DNA of 64,000 nt. It comes from Candidatus Falkowbacteria bacterium RIFOXYD12_FULL_34_57 (GTDB lineage Bacteria > Patescibacteriota > Patescibacteriia > Patescibacteriales > UBA12075). The translations under genes were made by a program, and so were the position numbers. The stretch is from contig MFGN01000005.1 of the NCBI GenBank assembly GCA_001780285.1, positions 138,200 through 202,199 of the forward strand, in the 5' to 3' direction. The first letter of the stretch is position 1. Each line of letters starts with the position of its first letter. A model generated the notes under the pieces. It saw nothing but the letters and a program-made list of their open reading frames with translations, had not been told where the DNA came from and made no database searches. This document shows, one piece after another, positions 9,901-18,070 of this stretch.

Positions 9901-10102
9901 CATATGGTACTTGGATTTCCGGTTCAGCTTCTTTGGGGAGGGTAAAAAGAGAATAAATACCGCTAAATGTGATTGCAATCAGAAGCAGATAGGTAAGCCT
10001 GAAATTTTTAATAAAAAAACCAAAAAAAGATTTTTTTTCTTTTTCCAGTCCTTCCTCCATTATCTTTTTATAATTATCCGAGTAATTATTTTTATTGTTC
10101 AT
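6941..10102 (-). CDS. RND efflux transporter, AcrB/AcrD/AcrF family
   Basis: 1053 aa with the 12-TM architecture and two large extracytoplasmic loops. Typical RND segments (e.g. NAIVLIDRIN, GIVVNDAI, MRLRPILMT-like MQPIFLTSITT). Confidence 0.9.
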   Translation of the reverse strand: MNNKNNYSDNYKKIMEEGLEKEKKSFFGFFIKNFRLTYLLLIAITFSGIYSLFTLPKEAEPEIQVPYAIVTTVYPGANPKDIEEMITKKLEKKIENLDNVNKFESSSGEGFSSIFIEFEASADLRESFRKLREEVDNVESELPEMAENPIVSEINFNDLPIITYSLLGDYTEEELKKYADICQENFENIKNVSESRIIGGIEKEFQIMVHQTKLAYFNISMGQIVNAIHTNNFSLPSGNIEVDGFKYDVRVKGKFLDAIDLNNVVITTYNNSPVFLKDIALVKEGIKEKNSKSRIGLKNQESKQTISLQIYKKTGGNILNIVKDSGAKIDELYEKGIIPKNLQIIKTNDNSVFIKKDIHTLGSSGLQTMVLIALILMLILSLNGAIITALSIPIAFLITFSALKIQGMTLNSMVLFSLVLSLGLMVDNAIIVIEGINEYISQHKKSIFEAAILSVWNFKWAIISGTMTTVAAFLPMLLVSGIMGEYMSILPKTITTTLLSSLFVALAVVPALATRFMKGEQKHQENSKRKKRVETIFNKIQIKYINFLQKTLPHKNKRRKVITIFVILFILAVATPISGIMKIEMFPKVDIDYFVVNIELPVGSVLEKTEEISKETEKIISRVPELDNYVVNIGSTASLGYGSGGGNGTHLANITVNLVDSEKRKRKSFEISESLRPELETIQGAKVTVEELSAGPPSGAPIEIRIFGDEMKDLSNLAREIQGFLSSVPGVVNIKNNLENASGEFTFVVDKQKANYYGLSISGIASTLRNAVFGANAGDITRDGETIDITVKYEEQSFNTVNDLENILLFTNTGETIQLKQVASISLNPSLLSIKHRDGETVVIVSAYTKEGVNLQNIMGQFDKFQKELNLPKGVSIKVGGETEDIQKSFSEIFYSMIVAVILIAFILVLQFNSFKQPFIIIFSLPLAIIGVIIGLNICGQPFSFPAFIGIVSLAGIVVNDAIVLIDRINKNISHGMEFFGAIIDAGVTRMQPIFLTSITTIAGIFPLIYADEMWRGLSLTVIFGLIFSTILTLVVIPIIYIGLCKDKMKISE

Positions 10103-10116
10103 AATTTTGAATTTTT

Positions 10117-11913
10117 TTAATTCATTATTTCCACTCGCTCCCCATCTTCTAAAATTTTACCGCCCTCAACTATTAATTCATCTTGCGCGTTCAAACCATC
10201 TATTACTTCTATTAAATTACCCTCGGTTTTTCCGGTGGTTATTTGTATTATTTGAGCTGTTGGCATGTTTTTTTCATTTGTTTTAACTATAAATACGAAA
10301 CTCCCGTTTTGAGTAATGGTTACGGCGCGCAATGGGATATATATTGATTCACTGTGTGTTTTTTCCAGATGTTTAATCGGAAGTAAGACATCAGTAAATG
10401 TTCCGGAAATTAATTCTTTATTTTTATTATTAAAGAGAATGGTGATTTTTACTTTTTTAGTAATAGGATCGGCTACCGGATCAATGGAAGAAATTTTTCC
10501 CACAAAGCCATCCCCAATGATTACCTCCGCTTCTTTGTTGATGCGATATACATCTTCACTGGATATGCTTACTTCAATTTTTAAATTATCAATTTGAGAG
10601 ACTTCGGCTATTTTTTGTCCGGGACCCACCTCTGTTCCAACCTCTATTAGTTTTTTTGTTATTTTTCCGGCAATTGGAGATTTAATTGAAAGATCCCCGG
10701 CTTGAGTTCGAGCGAGATTTAACTGCCCCCCCGCACTATCTAAAGAAATTTGCGAAGATAGTTTTTTTTGATCTTGTCCCCTTTGAGCTGTTTCAAGCGA
10801 TGCTAAGGCGTTGATGTATCCAGTTTGGGCAATAATTAAATTATTTTCCGCAGCTTTTACTGAATTTTCCAGAGTGATAATTTCTTGATTATAACTTAGG
10901 TTGATATTTTGTAGTATTTGCAGGGTATTCTCTGCTCCGGTTTGGGTTCCGGTAAATGATGCATGCAGTGATATAAGAGACTGCTTTAAATTACTTAAAG
11001 CGGTTTCATTGAAATCCGAGCTGGATATAGTATTGTTGATTACCTCCAATGTGTCATCAATAGATTGTTTTACAAGCGAAAGACAATTAATCATATCAAG
11101 CATCTTTTCTTTTATGTCTTCAGTGTTTGGTGTTGCTTTTTTCAAAATGTCGTATTGATTTTTGGCTGCACGGTAACTGGTTTCGGCTATATGCACCGTT
11201 GATAATTTTTTTACTCCCAGCACATATTCTATACCGGTAATTTGCGCTGTCCCATCTTCCACATCTAGTATCTGATTAATTTGGTTTAGGGCGTTAAAAA
11301 TAGAATTGAGATAGCTGTTAAAAGATATGATTGCATTGGTTTTTACATCTATTTTATTTTTATCTTTTAATGTTTTAATGTTTGCGAGGTTGTCTTGGGC
11401 GGAATTAAGAGCGATTTCAGCTGATTTTATGGTTTCTTCTGCGCTTTGTACGCCGATTTCAGCTTGTCTTATGGCTTCGTTTCCCAAGATTTCCGTTGAA
11501 GAAAGGTTGTTTTGCATATTAGCATAATTGGTTTGAGCATTGTTGAGTCCGGTAAGCACAGCCCCGTCATATAGGGATGCTAATAATTTATTAACATAAA
11601 CATCGTCGCCAATATTAAAATAAATATTTTTAACAGAACCGCCGATATTTGCGGTAACATCAATTTGTGTTTCCGGTTTTATGGCACCGATAGTTTCTAT
11701 AAAAGCATCGTCATTATTCATGTCTAATATGATTGTTTCTACTTTTTTTAATTTTTGCGCCATAACTTCCTGCGGTTCTTGATTGTTTTTATTTTGTATT
11801 ATTTTAAAAGAAGCAAAAATGCCGCTAGACATAATTAAAATAGAAATAATTATCACGATTGGTTTTTTGTAGATTTTTTTATCTTTGAATATTTGTTTAA
11901 TTTTATTTAACAT
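10117..11913 (-). CDS. efflux membrane-fusion (periplasmic adaptor) protein with greatly extended coiled coil
   Basis: N-terminal TM anchor; C-terminal lipoyl/beta-barrel region (IKSPIAGKITKKLIEVGTEVGPGQKIAEV...). About 280 aa of helical Q/N/A/L-rich sequence in between. 598 aa total. Confidence 0.8.
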   Translation of the reverse strand: MLNKIKQIFKDKKIYKKPIVIIISILIMSSGIFASFKIIQNKNNQEPQEVMAQKLKKVETIILDMNNDDAFIETIGAIKPETQIDVTANIGGSVKNIYFNIGDDVYVNKLLASLYDGAVLTGLNNAQTNYANMQNNLSSTEILGNEAIRQAEIGVQSAEETIKSAEIALNSAQDNLANIKTLKDKNKIDVKTNAIISFNSYLNSIFNALNQINQILDVEDGTAQITGIEYVLGVKKLSTVHIAETSYRAAKNQYDILKKATPNTEDIKEKMLDMINCLSLVKQSIDDTLEVINNTISSSDFNETALSNLKQSLISLHASFTGTQTGAENTLQILQNINLSYNQEIITLENSVKAAENNLIIAQTGYINALASLETAQRGQDQKKLSSQISLDSAGGQLNLARTQAGDLSIKSPIAGKITKKLIEVGTEVGPGQKIAEVSQIDNLKIEVSISSEDVYRINKEAEVIIGDGFVGKISSIDPVADPITKKVKITILFNNKNKELISGTFTDVLLPIKHLEKTHSESIYIPLRAVTITQNGSFVFIVKTNEKNMPTAQIIQITTGKTEGNLIEVIDGLNAQDELIVEGGKILEDGERVEIMN

Positions 11914-11914
11914 A

Positions 11915-12493
11915 TTATTTCAATATTAGTTTTATAATATAATTGATAACTTCTTTTTTGTTCAGCACCTCTTCATTTAGCATGGCTTTATTTAGGGCAT
12001 ATGAATTAATGGTGCCGAATATTAATAAAAATAGAAATTCTTTTTTTATGTTTTTTAGATTATTGTTTTTTTCTATAATTTCGTCAAAAAGAGGAGAGAG
12101 GGTTTTATATAATTGGTTTTTTGCTTTTTTTAGAAAAATAGTTGCATTTTCATCATGTTTAGAAAGTTTTTGCATTATTATCATATTATGACATTCGTTT
12201 TTTTTGTTTTTGCATAATTTTAATTCCAAAAACAGCGATAGTATTTTTTTTAGTTTTTCCTTGGTTTTAATATTCTTTTTTATTATTTTTTCAAAATTTT
12301 TTATAAAATAACCGTAAACATCTTGTACAGCCCCTAAATAAATTTCCCCCTTATTAGCAAAATGATGATATAATGCTGGTTTGCTAATATTTAATTTTTG
12401 AGCAATATCATTCATGGATACGGAATCATAGTTATAAACGGAAAAAAGTTCTTTAGCGGTTGTAATAATTTGTTTCTTTGTTGTTTTGGGCAT
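11915..12493 (-). CDS. TetR/AcrR family transcriptional repressor
   Basis: N-terminal HTH AKELFSVYNYDSVSMNDIAQKLNISKPALYHHFANKGEIY. First gene of the efflux operon. Confidence 0.9.
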   Translation of the reverse strand: MPKTTKKQIITTAKELFSVYNYDSVSMNDIAQKLNISKPALYHHFANKGEIYLGAVQDVYGYFIKNFEKIIKKNIKTKEKLKKILSLFLELKLCKNKKNECHNMIIMQKLSKHDENATIFLKKAKNQLYKTLSPLFDEIIEKNNNLKNIKKEFLFLLIFGTINSYALNKAMLNEEVLNKKEVINYIIKLILK

Positions 12494-12513
12494 ATATTGT
12501 GTTCTTTGTAATT

Positions 12514-12531
12514 ACTTACCGATCGGTAAGT
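12514..12531. promoter_or_regulatory. perfect 18-bp palindromic operator (probable TetR site)
   Basis: ACTTACCGATCGGTAAGT, located 10 nt downstream of the -10 element of the minus-strand promoter. Confidence 0.65.
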
Positions 12532-12541
12532 TGTAAATTGA

Positions 12542-12569
12542 ATTATAGCAAGAGAAAAAAAATTGTCAA
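12542..12569 (-). promoter_or_regulatory. consensus sigma70 promoter of the tetR-MFP-RND operon
   Basis: On the minus strand TTGACA (12569-12564), 16 nt, TATAAT (12547-12542). Confidence 0.7.
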
Positions 12570-12734
12570 CTCCTCCTTTGCCCCATATCTTATTTTGTAA
12601 TTTTTAGTTTGGGGTTTTGAGTTTTGAGTTAGACACTGTTTTGTTTTTGTGTTAAGCTTGTTTAAATTTTATTGATTTTTAACAAGGGTGTTGGATTTTA
12701 ATTTTAGATATACGCGGGGGGTGTTGTGAAGAGC

Positions 12735-13151
12735 GAAATGAAGAAAAAAAATGAAATTAAACATCAATTATATAATCCTTCATGGATTGTGAAATTGGCA
12801 GAGAAACAGCTTCCTGAAAAACAAGAATTTATTCAGGCTTGGTTTGGGTGTTCCCCTAAATTTTTTAATTTTAATTTTGATAACCCCTATAAAGGTATAA
12901 AAAACATAGAGCAAATTCCGGAAAAAAGTGATATTATAAAAATTTTAAAAAAATGTACAAAGGTTTATGCCTATTGTGAGTGCGGATGCGGAGACCCTTA
13001 TTTTGTGGTGAGTGGCTTAAAAGAATTAAAAGAAAAAAATTTTCATATTATTCTTAAAAGAGAAGATGGAGTATCTGTTATTTTGGATTTTCTAAAAGTT
13101 GGAAAAAAAATGATATATGTAGAAATTGGAAAATGGGGAGAAAAAAAATAA
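12735..13151 (+). CDS. hypothetical protein
   Basis: ORF with an ATG at 12735 (track uses GTG at 12726). Contains YCECGCGDPYF; no family recognised. Confidence 0.45.
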   Translation, partial: EMKKKNEIKHQLYNPSWIVKLAEKQLPEKQEFIQAWFGCSPKFFNFNFDNPYKGIKNIEQIPEKSDIIKILKKCTKVYAYCECGCGDPYFVVSGLKELKEKNFHIILKREDGVSVILDFLKVGKKMIYVEIGKWGEKK

Positions 13152-13258
13152 AAATATCAAACTGTTGTGATAAATACAACGGTTTTTTAATTTTTGAAAA
13201 ATTCTTTACCCTTTGTATTAAATATTGTATAATAAAATAGTAAATCCAAATATTTTAC

Positions 13259-14383
13259 ATGAGGATATCAGACAAAATTTTATTAATCGTTTTTGTATTA
13301 GCCACTGTTTTGGTTCTGGTGGTCGCACTTTTAATTGGTGGTTCGCTGCAGCAGGTACTTCTTCTTGGTCAGGCCGTATACATTTTTGTTTTTATTACCT
13401 CTTTTATGATTAGTCGCAAGCTAAGCCAAAGAATAATAAGTCTTTCTTTTAATGTAGAAGAGATGGCTGCCGGTAATTTTTCTAAAAAAATAGAAATAGA
13501 CAGTCGAGATGAGATTGGGCAGCTAGCCAGTGCTTTAAATGATTTGCTTTCCAGGCTGCGCACCAATGTAGCCATTGATGTTTCCAAGGATACGGAGCTT
13601 GCCAAGGCTAAGACCGATTTTGTAACTTTGGCTTCGCACCAATTGCGCACCCCGCTTTCTATTATAAAATGGTATGTTGATTTTTTGGTAACCGGAGAAG
13701 CAGGAGAGATAAACAAGGAGCAAAAAAAGTACTTAGAAGAAGTTTATCTTAGCAATGAAAGGTTGATAGAATTAGTAAACGCGCTTTTGGATGTTTCCAG
13801 GATAGATGTGGGTACTTTCTCTATAGAACCGGAGCCGACTGATATCGTGGAAAGAGCAGAAAATGCTCTGCGAAAATATTTGCCGCAGATTAAGCAAAAA
13901 GAAATACATTTGAAAAAGGCTTATGATGATATTCCAAAGATTAATTTGGACCCCAGACTTACTAAAATGGTTTTTGATATTGTGATTTCCAATGCGGTGA
14001 AATATACGAACAAAGGCGGAATGATAAAAATTACAATCAAAAAAACAGAGAACAACATACTAACCCAGGTTTCAGATTCTGGATGTGGCATTCCCCGTGA
14101 ACAGCAGCCGAAAGTATTTTCTAAATTATTTCGGGCAGATAATGTCAGGAGAATGGAGTCGGTTGGTACGGGCCTCGGGCTTTATATTGCTAAGGCTGTT
14201 ATTGAGAAATCAGGAGGCAAGATTTGGTTTGAGTCCCCAAGCTTGGAGTTTCTTTTGTCTGAAGAATATAAAGGAAAAAAAATAACCCCCGATAAAGCTA
14301 ATAAAGGTACCACTATATTTTTTACTATACCGCTTAAGGGAATGAAAAAGAAATTAGGAACAAAAAAATTATCCAGCCTATAA
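13259..14383 (+). CDS. sensor histidine kinase (TM-HAMP-HisKA-HATPase)
   Basis: Two N-terminal TM segments, a HAMP-like linker, H-box FVTLASHQLRTPL, N-box ISNAVKYT, and G-boxes DSGCGIP and GTGLGLYIAK. Confidence 0.9.
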   Translation: MRISDKILLIVFVLATVLVLVVALLIGGSLQQVLLLGQAVYIFVFITSFMISRKLSQRIISLSFNVEEMAAGNFSKKIEIDSRDEIGQLASALNDLLSRLRTNVAIDVSKDTELAKAKTDFVTLASHQLRTPLSIIKWYVDFLVTGEAGEINKEQKKYLEEVYLSNERLIELVNALLDVSRIDVGTFSIEPEPTDIVERAENALRKYLPQIKQKEIHLKKAYDDIPKINLDPRLTKMVFDIVISNAVKYTNKGGMIKITIKKTENNILTQVSDSGCGIPREQQPKVFSKLFRADNVRRMESVGTGLGLYIAKAVIEKSGGKIWFESPSLEFLLSEEYKGKKITPDKANKGTTIFFTIPLKGMKKKLGTKKLSSL

Positions 14384-14408
14384 TAATTTAAATTTAAATA
14401 TTAATAAT

Positions 14409-14789
14409 ATGTCAAAAGTTAAAAAAGTATTAATTGTTGAGGATGAAATAGCCATGCTCAATGCTCTGGTAAGTAAATTTGAAAAAGCCGGATTTGATGT
14501 TTTGAGTGCTCAAGATGGAAAAGAAGGTGTTCGTATCGCCAAAAAAGAATCTCCTGATTTATTGATTTTAGATATTATTATGCCAAAGATGGATGGAATT
14601 TCTGTTGTGAAAGAGATAAGGAGTGACAATAATTGGGGCAGTGATGTGCCAATTATCATGCTTTCTAATTTGAGTGATCCTGAAAGCGTATCCAGTGTTG
14701 CCAAGTATAATGTTTATGATTTTCTAGTAAAAACTGATTGGCGGATTGATGATATTATTAATTTAGCAAAAGAAAAATTAAACATATGA
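14409..14789 (+). CDS. response regulator, receiver domain only
   Basis: VLIVEDE, DLLILDIIMPKMDG, and a Lys region near the C-terminus. 126 aa with no output domain. Confidence 0.9.
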   Translation: MSKVKKVLIVEDEIAMLNALVSKFEKAGFDVLSAQDGKEGVRIAKKESPDLLILDIIMPKMDGISVVKEIRSDNNWGSDVPIIMLSNLSDPESVSSVAKYNVYDFLVKTDWRIDDIINLAKEKLNI

Positions 14790-14949
14790 TTTTTAATTCC
14801 AGTAAGGCAGGAGTCAGCTTTGTTAAAATTTTTGTTTTAGAATTCGTGGGTTTGGGGATTATCGGATTCTTATTGATTGTATTATAGTTTTTATAGCTTA
14901 TAGAGTGTTTCTTGTGTTAAAAGTCAACATCTAAAAGCTAAACTAGTGT

Positions 14950-15492
14950 ATGGAAATTAAAAGATTGGTTGTCGGCCAGATAGAAACGAATTGTTATATT
15001 TTGATTTCAAATAGTGAAATGGCCGTTATTGATCCGGGTGATGAAGCTGAAAGAATAATTTCTGAATTCAAAAAACATTCCGCGAAATTAAAGTATATCA
15101 TTCATACTCATTATCATTATGACCATTGTCTGGCTACCGAAGACATAAAAAGACAAACCGGAGCAGTAGCCCTGATTCATAAAAACGATCAGGGTTTTGT
15201 AGAAAATTTTATTCCCGATCAGTATTTGTCTGATGGGGATTTTATTAATATTGGAGAAGAAGCGCTTCGGGTCGTTTTGACCCCCGGGCATACGCGCGGT
15301 AGTATATGTTTGTTTGATAGAGGGGGGAGATTTATTTTTACCGGAGACACTTTATTTTTTGACGGATATGGCCGAACCGATTTACCGGGAGGAGATGAAG
15401 TACAAATGGAAAGGTCTTTGGCGATGTTAAAAGAGTTGATTAAATCAGGGATGAAAGTATATCCGGGACACGGAGATTTGTATATAGTTTAA
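14950..15492 (+). CDS. MBL-fold metallo-hydrolase
   Basis: HTHYHYDH metal-binding motif, TPGHTRGS, and a C-terminal PGHG. Confidence 0.85.
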   Translation: MEIKRLVVGQIETNCYILISNSEMAVIDPGDEAERIISEFKKHSAKLKYIIHTHYHYDHCLATEDIKRQTGAVALIHKNDQGFVENFIPDQYLSDGDFINIGEEALRVVLTPGHTRGSICLFDRGGRFIFTGDTLFFDGYGRTDLPGGDEVQMERSLAMLKELIKSGMKVYPGHGDLYIV

Positions 15493-15522
15493 AAGGGGTT
15501 AGGAAATTTGTAAATAAATATA

Positions 15523-15553
15523 AAAAAGTTTCTAAATAAATTAGAAACTTTTT
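15523..15553. terminator. bidirectional rho-independent terminator
   Basis: aaaaagtttctaa-ataaa-ttagaaacttttt between the convergent MBL hydrolase gene and rpmB. Confidence 0.7.
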
Positions 15554-15575
15554 GAAGGTGTTTGTAATATGGGAA

Positions 15576-15749
15576 TTATTTTGTTTTTGCCATAGTTCTC
15601 ATACATCCGGTGCATACTATTTTTTTAACTCCGTCGATTTTTTTTGATTGCAAATTTATATATTGTCTTTTTATTGTTTTGATATTAGAGTGAGATCTAG
15701 ATGCTCCTTTAGTTGAGCTGCGTCCGCATATATCACATTGTTTAGCCAT
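15576..15749 (-). CDS. rpmB: 50S ribosomal protein L28 (not in ORF track, 57 aa)
   Basis: Minus-strand translation MAKQCDICGRSSTKGASRSHSNIKTIKRQYINLQSKKIDGVKKIVCTGCMRTMAKTK matches the L28 pattern (MAK.C..CG......VSHSN.KT.R...NLQ......VCT.C). Confidence 0.85.
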   Translation of the reverse strand: MAKQCDICGRSSTKGASRSHSNIKTIKRQYINLQSKKIDGVKKIVCTGCMRTMAKTK

Positions 15750-16039
15750 ATATTTTGTTATTTAGCTTATAGGTTATAGCAAAATAGCTTTTAGGGGTAA
15801 TAGGTTTTAAAGTTAATTCTATAAGCTAACACCCAAAAGCTATAAGCTACTCTATCATGTTTTGATAAAATTTGCAAGATGTGGTAAACTTTTTTTAGAA
15901 TTGGTATATAATTTATAAAGAATTTTGTTGTAATATTAAATTTTAATAATAATTTAAGGCGGAGACTTCAAAAAGCCTTTCAGGCTTTTCTTGAGTTTTA
16001 AATTGTTGCTTTTAGTTTTTCGTTTTTAGTTTTCAAAAT

Positions 16040-16642
16040 ATGACAGAGATTTTTTCTATAGTAATATTAATTTTTTCAGCAATTATACATGAGTATATGC
16101 ATGGTTGGATGGCTGACAGATTGGGTGACCCTACGGCCAAAAACGCCGGCAGACTTACCTTGAATCCCATACATCATATTGATTTTTTTGGCTCTATTCT
16201 CCTTCCTTTTATTTTGGTAGTATCCAAGGCCGGTTTTGTTTTTGGTTGGGCCAAGCCGGTTCCATTCAACCCTTATAATTTAAGGGATGCGAAGTACGGA
16301 GGTGCAAAAGTAGCAATTGCCGGTCCGATGGGAAATTTTATTACTGCTGTTTTTTTTGGAATTTTAATTAGGTTCACACCGGTTTTTTCCTTATCTCTTC
16401 TTGGTATTTTTCATTCAGTGGTATTTATTAATTTATTGTTAATGGTTTTCAACCTGGTTCCTATACCCCCATTAGATGGTTCAAAGGTTATAATGCCGTT
16501 TTTACCATATAATTGGCAGTTAAAATTTGCAGAATTGGAAAGATATGGTATGTTTTTAGTGCTAATATTTGTAATGTTTGGTATCCCATTTATTTATCCC
16601 ATAATATTTTTTCTTTATAAGGTAATTGTTGGTGGGTATTAA
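16040..16642 (+). CDS. site-2 protease / peptidase M50-family membrane metalloprotease
   Basis: HEYMH (HExxH) inside the first TM region, with a downstream LVPIPPLDG motif. About six TM segments. Confidence 0.8.
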   Translation: MTEIFSIVILIFSAIIHEYMHGWMADRLGDPTAKNAGRLTLNPIHHIDFFGSILLPFILVVSKAGFVFGWAKPVPFNPYNLRDAKYGGAKVAIAGPMGNFITAVFFGILIRFTPVFSLSLLGIFHSVVFINLLLMVFNLVPIPPLDGSKVIMPFLPYNWQLKFAELERYGMFLVLIFVMFGIPFIYPIIFFLYKVIVGGY

Positions 16643-16666
16643 AAAATAATGAAAAATTTAAATTTG

Positions 16667-16697
16667 AACGGATTATTTTTAAATAATCCGTTTTTTG
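16667..16697 (+). terminator. rho-independent terminator
   Basis: aacggattattt...aaataatccgtt stem followed by T6. Confidence 0.65.
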
Positions 16698-16700
16698 GTA

Positions 16701-16729
16701 TTGATTTTTTTAAAGATTTAATTTATAAT
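16701..16729 (+). promoter_or_regulatory. sigma70-like promoter
   Basis: TTGATT (16701-16706), 17 nt, TATAAT (16724-16729). Confidence 0.45.
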
Positions 16730-16733
16730 AAAA

Positions 16734-16846
16734 ATGCAGTTAAGAGATATTTGGGTTGTGCGGCTGAATAATAAAATTTGTTGCTACCGCTTCTCAAGAA
16801 CCTAAATAACAATAATTATTAAATTTAAATTTTTAACTGCATATTC
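16734..16846 (+). promoter_or_regulatory. candidate structured 5-prime leader of the CNNM/CBS gene
   Basis: A perfect 10-nt complementarity, atgcagttaa (16734-16743) with ttaactgcat (16833-16842), closes the whole leader and ends 5 nt before the ATG. Inner helices tttgggtt/aacctaaa and gcgg/ccgc are possible. Confidence 0.3.
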
Positions 16847-17857
16847 ATGGATTATTTTATAGTCATTATTTTAATTTTAATTTCAGCATTTTTTTCCGGC
16901 TCGACTTTGGGATTTTTTAGTTTGAATCGTGGAGACTTGGAACGCAAAGCTAAATTAGGAGATAAAAAAGCTAAAAAGGTATACAATTTACGAAAAAACG
17001 GAAATTTACTCTTGTGTACTCTATTAATTGGCAATGTAGCGGTAAATGCCGCTATTTCTATTTATCTAGGGTCTATTGTTTCCGGAGTTTTAGCCGGAAT
17101 TATGGCCACTATTTTAATTGTTATTTTCGGTGAGATTATTCCACAGGCCGTATTTTCTAGATATGCACTGAAGGTTGGTTCGAAAATGGCTTGGTTGGTT
17201 CATTTGACAGTTTGGTTTTTTTATCCAGTTTGTAGGCCCATGGCATGGGTTTTAGATAAAGCTCTGGGAGACGAAATTCCGACCGTTTATTCTAAAAGGG
17301 AGTTAATTAAAATGGTAAAAGATCATGAAGAACTGCAAAATAGCGAGATTGATGCCGATGAAGAAAGGATTATTCGCGGGGCATTATCTTTTTCTGATAA
17401 AACGGTGGAGTCTGTAATGACCCCGCGTACCGGAATGTTTGCTTTGCACCATGAAGAGACTTTAAACAGAAGAACAATCTCAGAGATTAGCAATAGTGGA
17501 CACTCTAGAATACCGGTTTATAAAAAAGACAGAGATGAGATAATCGGCACTCTTTATGTAAAAGATTTGATAAAAAAAGATTGGCGCGGGAAAAAAGTCG
17601 GCGATGCTGCTCGCCGAGATGTGATATTTGTGAATAATGAAAAACATTTAGATAAGGTGTTAAATGATTTTAAACGAACCAGGCATCATTTGTTTATTGT
17701 GGTCAGTAAGTTTGGAGATGTTGTGGGGCTTGTTACCATTGAGGATATATTAGAGGAAATAATTGGCGAGGAAATTGTGGATGAGTTTGATAAAGTGGAT
17801 GATTTGCGCGAAGAAGCCAAACGAAAATTTAAAAAGAGAAAAATCAACACAGTTTAA
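16847..17857 (+). CDS. CNNM/DUF21 transmembrane domain plus CBS-pair protein (CorC/TlyC-like, lacks the CorC_HlyC tail)
   Basis: N-terminal DUF21 pattern (ILISAFFSGSTLGFFSL, GNVAVNA, EIIPQA). Followed by two CBS-like repeats (VMTPR..., HSRIPVY, HLFIVVSKFGDVVGLVTIEDILEEIIGEI). Confidence 0.85.
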   Translation: MDYFIVIILILISAFFSGSTLGFFSLNRGDLERKAKLGDKKAKKVYNLRKNGNLLLCTLLIGNVAVNAAISIYLGSIVSGVLAGIMATILIVIFGEIIPQAVFSRYALKVGSKMAWLVHLTVWFFYPVCRPMAWVLDKALGDEIPTVYSKRELIKMVKDHEELQNSEIDADEERIIRGALSFSDKTVESVMTPRTGMFALHHEETLNRRTISEISNSGHSRIPVYKKDRDEIIGTLYVKDLIKKDWRGKKVGDAARRDVIFVNNEKHLDKVLNDFKRTRHHLFIVVSKFGDVVGLVTIEDILEEIIGEEIVDEFDKVDDLREEAKRKFKKRKINTV

Positions 17858-17880
17858 AATTTATAGTTCTCAATATAAAG

Positions 17881-17972
17881 GGTCTGTCGCCAAACACTGT
17901 CACGGCCCAAATTTTAGTCTTTTGCTGTAAAATCTAAAAAATTTGACTCGCAACAGTGTTTGGCGACAGGTC
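17881..17972. repeat. CTGTCGCCAAA-family palindromic element, copy 1
   Basis: Perfect 17-bp arms ctgtcgccaaacactgt (17884-17900) / acagtgtttggcgacag (17953-17969). The loop segment aaaaaatttgactcgcaaca is shared with the copy at 56667-56720. Confidence 0.85.
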
Positions 17973-18046
17973 CATTAAATCTCGCTCTTATATAAAGCGG
18001 GATTTATTTTCAAAAATTATATTTATGAAAAGTGGGATGTAAAAAC

Positions 18047-18070
18047 ATGTTAAAATGTTAAGATGAATTT
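18047..18070 (+). promoter_or_regulatory. ATGTTAAA octamer array with extended -10-like TGTTAAAAT; predicted leaderless start of leuS
   Basis: Octamers atgttaaa|atgttaag|atgaattt. TG (18048-18049), n, TAAAAT (18051-18056), 6 nt, then ATG 18063. Confidence 0.4.

Noticed and set aside
15880-15998. Possible small RNA between rpmB and the M50 protease gene (TATAAT-like box near 15908-15915, hairpin aaagcct-ttc-aggcttt plus T-run at about 15971-15993)
   Set aside because: The promoter spacing is poor and the hairpin is short. There is not enough evidence to list it as a feature.
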